A program made the position numbers and the translations under genes. The notes under the pieces were generated by a model that was given only the letters and a program-made list of their open reading frames with translations, was not told the origin of the DNA and ran no database searches. 64,000 bases of DNA from Naegleria gruberi (taxonomy: Eukaryota): assembly GCA_000004985.1 (NCBI GenBank), contig GG738853.1. One strand, written 5' to 3'. Positions 55,011 through 64,000 of the stretch are shown here, piece by piece. Every line of letters begins with the position of its first letter. Positions within the stretch are counted from its first letter, which is position 1.

Positions 55011-57515
55011 CTAATTTTCTAAAGCATTTATATTCTTAAAGGGTGGTGTAGTAGCCAATTTTGAAACATTTTGAAATAAAAATCCCTTGTAGTATGGCAA
55101 CAAGTTGCAAGGAAAGTACTCTTCACTTGCAACATCTTGATGACTTATTAAAATAACCTTGTCATAATGTTTGTGTTGTTCCAATTTCTTCATTTCTTCA
55201 TCATGTATTCTAGTTGTTGTAATCATGACGAAATATACTTCAACATTCTCGAACTCTTTGAGTGCAACATCTGAAAACTGATTCTTATCCAACCACTGTA
55301 CAATACTCAAATTAGATTCCAGTGAATAATTTTTGTAATGGATGAGGAATAGAGATTCTTTAGGTTTACAAATATTTAACCAAAAATGTGCATCAACGCA
55401 GGGATGCGTATCAGAAGTGTATGAATAAATTTCTGAGGGATTGTTCATACATTTGGAGCTGTCAATTTTAACAATATTATTCTCTTTGTCTTTAGAAATG
55501 AACGTGACATGAGATACAATCTTGTACTCATTTTCATCCAATTCAAATAACTTGTTAGAATCATCACCAGTCTTACAGGATGGAAACAATTCCTTAATAG
55601 TGATAAGAGGTTTTGTGAGTTGTCTAAGAATTCCAATCCTATAACAAATACATTTCAAATCAATTCTCTCAAAATCTCTGGGATGAATTTCTTGTTCTTT
55701 TAGTATCTTACTTGAAATGTAAGGATCTTTCTTGACTAGTTGTCTAAAGTATCGTGGTGCTATATACAGGCGACCTGTTGGAGTTTTATAAATCAATCCT
55801 TTCAAGAAGAGATCCTTTTCTTCTCTTGTCAGTGAAACATTCAATCCACACAATAAACGTGGTAATAATTCGGATTGAACTGATGGGTCGTTGAATGATT
55901 CTTGCTTAACAAGATACCCTTTAATTACTTTATCGATATTCTTTTTCAATTCTGGAAATAGAACATCAGACTGATTTTTCCATTCTTGAAATGTCACCTT
56001 TGTTAAAAAGGACGCAATTCCTCTCAAAGTAAGGTTCAACACTTCAGGTATTATTAAGGCCTCAAATAGCAAAACTCCCATTCTTCGTATAGTTACATTG
56101 TTGGTAATGCTCATCATATTAATCATTGTAGTTGAACATTTAAAATAACTATTACTTAAATATTCCTTTAAAATTGTACCCAATTGTGATGGGCAAAGAG
56201 GTGGTAATGTTAATTCTTGATATCCAAACTCTGTTTCATCAAATCGTAGATCAGAGATGTGGTCAAGACCTGATAGAATTGGAATCAAACAAACTCTACT
56301 TAAATTTAAATTGACAGTGTCAGTGTTCACCATATAATATCCAATGGCGTATAAAGGACGTTGCCATGGAGTAAGTGTTGAATCATCCTTAATAGTTCCA
56401 AACATTTGGTATAGGAATTGAACCTCATCCAGAGAAATGGTCATGAGTAAAATTTCATCGTTGTTAATAAATTGTTCCAATTTTCTTGTAATGTTTTGTA
56501 ATGTGAAGAAATTGGTGGTATAATAAAGAGTTTTAAAGTAAGGATTTAGCAATTCCACTAAATAACTGACTGGACACCCCATTAATCTTGCTAAAATTCG
56601 TAATCCAAACATTTTCCCTTCAGTTTCTTGTTTGGAATAACCGTTAATCTCATCACTTGTTAAGGTGTTTCCAGTGTCTAAGGAAAGATTACAATGTAAT
56701 TTTCTATATTTATGTTCAGAATCCATGTTCATTGTAAGAACAATGTTTCGAATTTCCTTACAAGCTCTTGACTTTCCACTACCTGTACCATTGGATAGAA
56801 TTCCATACTTAAAATATCCTTTTCTTTCAATTGGTTTCGTTTTGTTTGTATGAAAAATGTTCAAATCATGTCGCACTAATTCTTCCACATCATGGGCAAA
56901 TGTCTCTCGATTATAAAATCCTTGAATTGTTCCTTCCTCAGGAGTGTAGGATTTATCGACATTATTAAGGAAACATTCTTTCAAGTTAACCTTAACAAGA
57001 GATTCGAACCAATCAAATGGAGAATCATCAAATTCTTTCGGGAGTTTTAAACTGTCTGAAACAATGTTTGTCTTCAATGTTTCCATCTCAATTAACCAAT
57101 TAGCAATTGTTCGGGCAATATCTTTTGATGGAATTTTATCATCTTCCATCAAATCTTCAACCATTAATCGTTTGGCTTCTTCTGGTGTTTTCTTGGATTC
57201 GATGGCTGTTTTATATTGTTCAATAGCCAAGATTAAATGACTTCCACAAAGAGCATTCAATGGAATTTTATCATTTACTTTTTCCTTCTTCAAAACATCA
57301 ATTTCATCTTGGTCGAGTGATAACAAAAGATCTTCACTAACAAGTTTCAATACTTCCGAATGTGATAAATGCTTAAATGAATTATAATAATTTGGTTTTG
57401 CTCTTTTTGAAGAAGAGTTATCATCAAATAAGGAATATTTATATTTTCTTTTTAATTCTTCGGTTGGTTCTGCTTCTAGTTGTGGTGGTGAAGTGATGGT
57501 AGGTGGATGGTACAT
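55011..57515 (-). CDS. Large (834 aa) single-exon protein with a Walker A P-loop (GTGSGKS). Function unknown.
   Basis: ATG at 57515 (MYHPPTITSPPQ). GILSNGTGSGKSRACKEIRNIV lies about 235 aa from the N-terminus. No clear Walker B motif or other signature found by eye. It is convergent with the histidine kinase gene. It is the last long ORF before the gene-poor terminal region. Confidence 0.5.
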   Translation of the reverse strand: MYHPPTITSPPQLEAEPTEELKRKYKYSLFDDNSSSKRAKPNYYNSFKHLSHSEVLKLVSEDLLLSLDQDEIDVLKKEKVNDKIPLNALCGSHLILAIEQYKTAIESKKTPEEAKRLMVEDLMEDDKIPSKDIARTIANWLIEMETLKTNIVSDSLKLPKEFDDSPFDWFESLVKVNLKECFLNNVDKSYTPEEGTIQGFYNRETFAHDVEELVRHDLNIFHTNKTKPIERKGYFKYGILSNGTGSGKSRACKEIRNIVLTMNMDSEHKYRKLHCNLSLDTGNTLTSDEINGYSKQETEGKMFGLRILARLMGCPVSYLVELLNPYFKTLYYTTNFFTLQNITRKLEQFINNDEILLMTISLDEVQFLYQMFGTIKDDSTLTPWQRPLYAIGYYMVNTDTVNLNLSRVCLIPILSGLDHISDLRFDETEFGYQELTLPPLCPSQLGTILKEYLSNSYFKCSTTMINMMSITNNVTIRRMGVLLFEALIIPEVLNLTLRGIASFLTKVTFQEWKNQSDVLFPELKKNIDKVIKGYLVKQESFNDPSVQSELLPRLLCGLNVSLTREEKDLFLKGLIYKTPTGRLYIAPRYFRQLVKKDPYISSKILKEQEIHPRDFERIDLKCICYRIGILRQLTKPLITIKELFPSCKTGDDSNKLFELDENEYKIVSHVTFISKDKENNIVKIDSSKCMNNPSEIYSYTSDTHPCVDAHFWLNICKPKESLFLIHYKNYSLESNLSIVQWLDKNQFSDVALKEFENVEVYFVMITTTRIHDEEMKKLEQHKHYDKVILISHQDVASEEYFPCNLLPYYKGFLFQNVSKLATTPPFKNINALEN

Positions 57516-59697
57516 TTTTTTTGATTTATATAAACAAAAAGTAATAAGGCAATTAAATTCGAATAAAATTCATCCAATACTATGCCTCTGTGGGAATGAT
57601 GAATTACTTGTAGAAGAGAAAATTGGTTGTTGGCATTATTCACTTTGGCAATCACTGACTTCTGGAAATCTAAATATTTTTAACTAAGGTTGTACACGTT
57701 TTTCTTAAAGACATTATCTGGAAAATTAATTTAAGGCAATTATATTCGCAATTTAGGCGAGAGATTATTCACATCATTATTTTCAGTTTTGACAGATTTT
57801 CTAATTTGTGCACCAGAAGAAGAACCAGCAGTCTTAGGTTGGAATACCAATATACCTATTTAGCAGGGTGATGAAATCAATGAAATGGTTAGACACTGTG
57901 TTGATAAATGTGTTGAAGAACCAAAAGGAGACAAGTTAGATGATGTTGAAAAGGCTTGCACAATATGCGTGTTACGGAACGATTCCAAGCTGGTATTTTG
58001 GTGACTTTAGTAATGGTTGGCGTGGAAGGAAGCAAAGGGAGAACTCTCCTCATGGAATGGACCTTCATTAAAATTGGAATGCTTCATTAAGATCTGTCCT
58101 TTCCAAAAGTACTTTTTCTTCTGCTTCTTGACGAAGCCTCTGTAATCAAAACAGTTACTATCAATAACAATAGAACTCGATAAATTCCAATTTATTCCTT
58201 TCAGAATGTACTGCCTCTCATCGATAAAGACGTTGTTTTTCAACAAACTAATCGAAAGGTTGTGGACTAACAATTTGGATATAAGAGCGTGGAGGACACC
58301 TAACAGGACCGTGACCTTCGACACCCAAACGAACATGAGCACCATGTTTTGTGTATTCTTGTGTGGTCTGGTCAACGAAATAGACTGTAGCATTCACGGT
58401 ACGCAAAACTGGAGGATTTGAGTGAATTGTTTGCACTATTTCAATACAGCTTCCATTGTCGAAAAAAGTGTGTGCATATTCCCCACTAATTCTGTAGGGT
58501 TTGGTTAGGATTCAGAGTTGATTTATTTGGGTTATTTAAGAGATTACTTAGTGAAGATTCATATCATTGATTATATTTCTTATCATCTATTAATGATGTA
58601 AATTTGATTGTTTCATTTCTTGTATTGATAGATATTTAAAGGTCAGGTCAGAACTAACTTTTGTATTATGGACTTTGAGAAGTCAAATGTTTGGGACGTG
58701 AATATACTCATTGGGTTTGGATCCCATGTCAACCCCTATTTATTAAGCTTTTCTCCTTAAATACATTAACAATATATATCACAAATGATGTCAAAAGATG
58801 GTGATTGTAATGGGGCACAATATTCGGCTGATGTGAAATTGTTAAATATTTATATATATCAAGTTATGATGGTGGCTAGTGGCAATAAAATCACTTGATC
58901 AAAATTATTTTTGCCGCTTGATCAAACCGAAAAACGCGCGGAAAAGTTAAAAATAGATTCAAGTTGATGTGAAAATGGCTCAGAATCGAAAGGATTAACA
59001 AAGCTTACTACTATATTGGAAGTGAATGTGCCATTTGGCACTCACTTCCATCAACTTTATCATAGAAATCACTCTTGAAACATGAATTGTACTATAATGT
59101 GTGAGTAACATACTGGTGTTGGAATTGATCAATAACTCTTTGAAATGATTGAGATGGAATGTAAACTATATTCTAAGGTATATTGGTTGACTGTAAGATA
59201 CAGAGCCATCAATGTGAAACTTTGTCAGATTGTTCTCCTTATCAAGAGGAGTGTATTCATATTTGATACTTGTATGATATTTTGTAAAATGAATGAGATG
59301 GAGTATATTCTATATGTTGAAATCTGACAATTTGACAGATTGATATTATTATCATACTGAATTCAATTCTAAAACATTAAAATTGATTCCAGATGTATAT
59401 CAGTGTGATTAAATGTATCTGGTAAAGTTACATGACGGTTGGATGTACTTTCGCTGAGATAGAGTGTACACTTGGATATAATCACTATTGACATTGAACA
59501 TTTACTGATTGACTGAATGTAAGTTTTATGAATTGTTTCAAAACGTATATAGATGTATATAAATGATGTATAGAATGTGTGTAATCAATTCTAGACTAGT
59601 TTCATATAAAATAAGTGATTTGGAGCATAATCCTTGATTTTATGTCAAAGTTCTATAGTAAAATGATAGAGTGACAACTCAATATCTAATGAGCCAA

Positions 59698-59747
59698 NNN
59701 NNNNNNNNNNNNNNNNNNNNNNNNNNNNNNNNNNNNNNNNNNNNNNN
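59698..59747. other. Assembly gap (50 N)
   Basis: Run of N characters. Confidence 1.
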
Positions 59748-60391
59748 AGTCAACATTTACATTCCCATGGTACCATTTCTGATTACTAGGACATGAAATT
59801 AAATTCTATATCATTATAGATCATCTACATTATGATGGTAAAGTTTCAATAGGTGGTCCTTTTTCCAGATTTCCACATATTCATACAAGTTCATACAAGT
59901 TGACCCTATGATGGTTGAGGGAAGAAATCTTTAAATATGAAAGTTAAAATAAATTTGATATTCGATGTTTACTCATCAAATGGAACATTTTCATGTCAGG
60001 ATTCAATATGTTTTCATGAGAAACTCAAAAGTTATTGTTGACCTATTGTACCTCACAACTTCCCTTTTCACTTGATACTTTTATACCTACAGACATGAAC
60101 TTTTGAAATTTTATATGAAAGTGATTATGAATGTTGTTAATGATGATATAGACTATATAATCTCATTAAAGGATTTTGAAACTATCATCCTTCCTATGGT
60201 TTCATTTTACAATTTTTAATCTGACATTATTTACAAGGTTGATATTTTATAAATTGAAAAACTAAATATACCACATTGTTCTACTCATCATTTACAATCG
60301 AATGATATAAAATTTAATGATATTTGAATAAGTTTATATATTTGGGCTAGGGTTTGAACGTTGGGTTTAGAAGAATTCTATTTTTAGAATT

Positions 60392-60808
60392 GGGTTTGGG
60401 TTTGGGTTTGGGTTTGGGTTTGGGTTTGGGTTTGGGTTTGGGTTTGGGTTTGGGTTTGGGTTTGGGTTTGGGTTTGGGTTTGGGTTTGGGTTTGGGTTTG
60501 GGTTTGGGTTTGGGTTTGGGTTTGGGTTTGGGTTTGGGTTTGGGTTTGGGTTTGGGTTTGGGTTTGGGTTTGGGTTTGGGTTTGGGTTTGGGTTTGGGTT
60601 TGGGTTTGGGTTTGGGTTTGGGTTTGGGTTTGGGTTTGGGTTTGGGTTTGGGTTTGGGTTTGGGTTTGGGTTTGGGTTTGGGTTTGGGTTTGGGTTTGGG
60701 TTTGGGTTTGGGTTTGGGTTTGGGTTTGGGTTTGGGTTTGGGTTTGGGTTTGGGTTTGGGTTTGGGTTTGGGTTTGGGTTTGGGTTTGGGTTTGGGTTTG
60801 GGTTTGGG
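60392..60808 (+). repeat. (GGGTTT)n telomere-like hexamer array, about 70 units. It is preceded by degenerate variants and truncated by a 50-N gap at 60809-60858.
   Basis: Perfect 6-nt periodicity can be read directly. The lead-in at 60340-60391 carries degenerate copies (GGGCTAGGGTTTGAACGTTGGGTTTAG...). Confidence 0.95.
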
Positions 60809-60984
60809 NNNNNNNNNNNNNNNNNNNNNNNNNNNNNNNNNNNNNNNNNNNNNNNNNNTCTCATTGATACATGTCTAATTATCATGTTTTATGATATATA
60901 ATTGAAATAATTGAAATTTATCATATATATAGGGAGATAACCAATTAGGATGAGAGAAGGGGAAGTTACGCTCACAATTTACCA

Positions 60985-62986
60985 NNNNNNNNNNNNNNNN
61001 NNNNNNNNNNNNNNNNNNNNNNNNNNNNNNNNNNNNNNNNNNNNNNNNNNNNNNNNNNNNNNNNNNNNNNNNNNNNNNNNNNNNNNNNNNNNNNNNNNNN
61101 NNNNNNNNNNNNNNNNNNNNNNNNNNNNNNNNNNNNNNNNNNNNNNNNNNNNNNNNNNNNNNNNNNNNNNNNNNNNNNNNNNNNNNNNNNNNNNNNNNNN
61201 NNNNNNNNNNNNNNNNNNNNNNNNNNNNNNNNNNNNNNNNNNNNNNNNNNNNNNNNNNNNNNNNNNNNNNNNNNNNNNNNNNNNNNNNNNNNNNNNNNNN
61301 NNNNNNNNNNNNNNNNNNNNNNNNNNNNNNNNNNNNNNNNNNNNNNNNNNNNNNNNNNNNNNNNNNNNNNNNNNNNNNNNNNNNNNNNNNNNNNNNNNNN
61401 NNNNNNNNNNNNNNNNNNNNNNNNNNNNNNNNNNNNNNNNNNNNNNNNNNNNNNNNNNNNNNNNNNNNNNNNNNNNNNNNNNNNNNNNNNNNNNNNNNNN
61501 NNNNNNNNNNNNNNNNNNNNNNNNNNNNNNNNNNNNNNNNNNNNNNNNNNNNNNNNNNNNNNNNNNNNNNNNNNNNNNNNNNNNNNNNNNNNNNNNNNNN
61601 NNNNNNNNNNNNNNNNNNNNNNNNNNNNNNNNNNNNNNNNNNNNNNNNNNNNNNNNNNNNNNNNNNNNNNNNNNNNNNNNNNNNNNNNNNNNNNNNNNNN
61701 NNNNNNNNNNNNNNNNNNNNNNNNNNNNNNNNNNNNNNNNNNNNNNNNNNNNNNNNNNNNNNNNNNNNNNNNNNNNNNNNNNNNNNNNNNNNNNNNNNNN
61801 NNNNNNNNNNNNNNNNNNNNNNNNNNNNNNNNNNNNNNNNNNNNNNNNNNNNNNNNNNNNNNNNNNNNNNNNNNNNNNNNNNNNNNNNNNNNNNNNNNNN
61901 NNNNNNNNNNNNNNNNNNNNNNNNNNNNNNNNNNNNNNNNNNNNNNNNNNNNNNNNNNNNNNNNNNNNNNNNNNNNNNNNNNNNNNNNNNNNNNNNNNNN
62001 NNNNNNNNNNNNNNNNNNNNNNNNNNNNNNNNNNNNNNNNNNNNNNNNNNNNNNNNNNNNNNNNNNNNNNNNNNNNNNNNNNNNNNNNNNNNNNNNNNNN
62101 NNNNNNNNNNNNNNNNNNNNNNNNNNNNNNNNNNNNNNNNNNNNNNNNNNNNNNNNNNNNNNNNNNNNNNNNNNNNNNNNNNNNNNNNNNNNNNNNNNNN
62201 NNNNNNNNNNNNNNNNNNNNNNNNNNNNNNNNNNNNNNNNNNNNNNNNNNNNNNNNNNNNNNNNNNNNNNNNNNNNNNNNNNNNNNNNNNNNNNNNNNNN
62301 NNNNNNNNNNNNNNNNNNNNNNNNNNNNNNNNNNNNNNNNNNNNNNNNNNNNNNNNNNNNNNNNNNNNNNNNNNNNNNNNNNNNNNNNNNNNNNNNNNNN
62401 NNNNNNNNNNNNNNNNNNNNNNNNNNNNNNNNNNNNNNNNNNNNNNNNNNNNNNNNNNNNNNNNNNNNNNNNNNNNNNNNNNNNNNNNNNNNNNNNNNNN
62501 NNNNNNNNNNNNNNNNNNNNNNNNNNNNNNNNNNNNNNNNNNNNNNNNNNNNNNNNNNNNNNNNNNNNNNNNNNNNNNNNNNNNNNNNNNNNNNNNNNNN
62601 NNNNNNNNNNNNNNNNNNNNNNNNNNNNNNNNNNNNNNNNNNNNNNNNNNNNNNNNNNNNNNNNNNNNNNNNNNNNNNNNNNNNNNNNNNNNNNNNNNNN
62701 NNNNNNNNNNNNNNNNNNNNNNNNNNNNNNNNNNNNNNNNNNNNNNNNNNNNNNNNNNNNNNNNNNNNNNNNNNNNNNNNNNNNNNNNNNNNNNNNNNNN
62801 NNNNNNNNNNNNNNNNNNNNNNNNNNNNNNNNNNNNNNNNNNNNNNNNNNNNNNNNNNNNNNNNNNNNNNNNNNNNNNNNNNNNNNNNNNNNNNNNNNNN
62901 NNNNNNNNNNNNNNNNNNNNNNNNNNNNNNNNNNNNNNNNNNNNNNNNNNNNNNNNNNNNNNNNNNNNNNNNNNNNNNNNNNNNNN
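60985..62986. other. Assembly gap (2002 N)
   Basis: Run of N characters. The six-frame ORFs crossing it are artefacts. Confidence 1.
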
Positions 62987-63572
62987 CTGACATGTTGAAT
63001 GATTTCAAATTGTCATGAAACTGATACAGTGGTGTTTATTCACCATTAGTAAGGTACTGTATCAATTTCATAATGATCTGTATAGTAGATGTCATTGTCA
63101 CATCCCTGTAGGTATCAAGTGCATCAGCCATGTACCATGTATGATATGGATGAATGTCAAAGTGATATTAATGTATTTAATTATCATGTACAGATGTATT
63201 GGAAGTGCATTGAAGTGGAACAGAATTCTCTCTTCAATGTTAGAATAGGTCAGTTGACAAGTTGAATAGTTAATTTCCTGAAATGATACCAAAGTATTTG
63301 AAATTGATATATATTGTTATTAACATGATATATAAGGTGATATATTGATTTGAATTGAATTTGAAATGTTTTCATTGATATTCTAATTGTCTAATCTATT
63401 ATATGAAATTAACTTATATAAATCATTATAATGATGTAATATTATGTTATATTGTGATTATATATTCAATTTGGAGTATATTGATATATAATATATTGAT
63501 TTATAATGAGTATTTATTGAGATAATCAATTAAGATGAATAAAAGTCAAAATATTGGGTCTGGCTTTGGCGT

Positions 63573-64000
63573 GGGTTTGGGTTTGGGTTTGGGTTTGGGT
63601 TTGGGTTTGGGTTTGGGTTTGGGTTTGGGTTTGGGTTTGGGTTTGGGTTTGGGTTTGGGTTTGGGTTTGGGTTTGGGTTTGGGTTTGGGTTTGGGTTTGG
63701 GTTTGGGTTTGGGTTTGGGTTTGGGTTTGGGTTTGGGTTTGGGTTTGGGTTTGGGTTTGGGTTTGGGTTTGGGTTTGGGTTTGGGTTTGGGTTTGGGTTT
63801 GGGTTTGGGTTTGGGTTTGGGTTTGGGTTTGGGTTTGGGTTTGGGTTTGGGTTTGGGTTTGGGTTTGGGTTTGGGTTTGGGTTTGGGTTTGGGTTTGGGT
63901 TTGGGTTTGGGTTTGGGTTTGGGTTTGGGTTTGGGTTTGGGTTTGGGTTTGGGTTTGGGTTTGGGTTTGGGTTTGGGTTTGGGTTTGGGTTTGGGTTTGA
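63573..64000 (+). repeat. (GGGTTT)n telomere-like array, about 71 units, running to the window end with the G-rich strand 5'->3' toward the terminus
   Basis: Perfect hexamer repeat from 63573 to the last base. A degenerate lead-in GGGTCTGGCTTTGGCGTGGGTTT lies at 63556-63572. The repeat has the same orientation as the block at 60392. Confidence 0.9.

Noticed and set aside
60354-63008. Track ORFs translating to GLGLGL..., PNPNPN... and long X runs (60354-60885 on both strands; 60950-63008 on both strands)
   Set aside because: These are translations of the (GGGTTT)n array and of N-gap characters. They are not genes.
63554-64000. The WVWVWV... ORF at the window end
   Set aside because: It is the telomere-like hexamer read in-frame. 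It is not coding.
60392-64000. Considered whether the regular short repeats could be a CRISPR array
   Set aside because: The sequence is a perfect tandem hexamer with no spacers, in a eukaryotic context with introns. CRISPR is excluded.

Overview
The window is eukaryotic nuclear DNA, roughly two-thirds A+T. It is gene-dense, with about 30 protein-coding genes on both strands. Introns are spliceosomal (GTAAGT/GTATGT...AG), in two size classes of 41-50 nt and 110-210 nt. Five tRNA genes are present and two of them carry introns. The gene content is NRPS, hybrid histidine kinase, TKL receptor kinase, multi-PH proteins, 7TM-RGS and FHA-forkhead. Together with the base composition and intron style, this points to an amoebozoan, dictyostelid-like genome, which is inference only. 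The six-frame ORF track uses TTG/GTG alternative starts and splits every intron-containing gene into pieces. I re-joined the pieces where the splice sites and reading phases could be read directly. Left to right: the 3' part of an NRPS megasynthase (FAAL-A/T/C/A/T); a tRNA-Asn and tRNA-Thr pair; a GTPase-domain gene; a 7TM-RGS gene; a 2H phosphoesterase; mitochondrial dihydrolipoamide dehydrogenase (3 exons); two paralogous C2-domain genes flanking an inverted tRNA-Val(CAC) pair; an intron-containing tRNA-Cys; a CH/coiled-coil/PH gene; a four-PH + beta-helix protein; a secreted GPI-type protein; a PI-PLC-X-like protein; an FHA ORF followed 98 nt later by a forkhead ORF, probably one FoxK/Fkh-like gene; ATG5; a membrane-anchored purple-acid-phosphatase-like enzyme; a secreted bacterial-type SBP_bac_3 protein; a coiled-coil protein; a polytopic membrane gene; a receptor-like TKL kinase with a Pmp-type beta-helix ectodomain; a 7TM-like gene; a membrane hybrid histidine kinase (3 exons); and a large P-loop protein. 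The last ~6 kb is gene-poor and AT-rich. It ends in two same-orientation (GGGTTT)n telomere-like arrays interrupted by scaffold gaps, which fits a right-arm chromosome end. No prokaryotic-style operon, CRISPR or defence island is present. The notable items are the unusual eukaryotic domain architectures and the chromosome-end structure.
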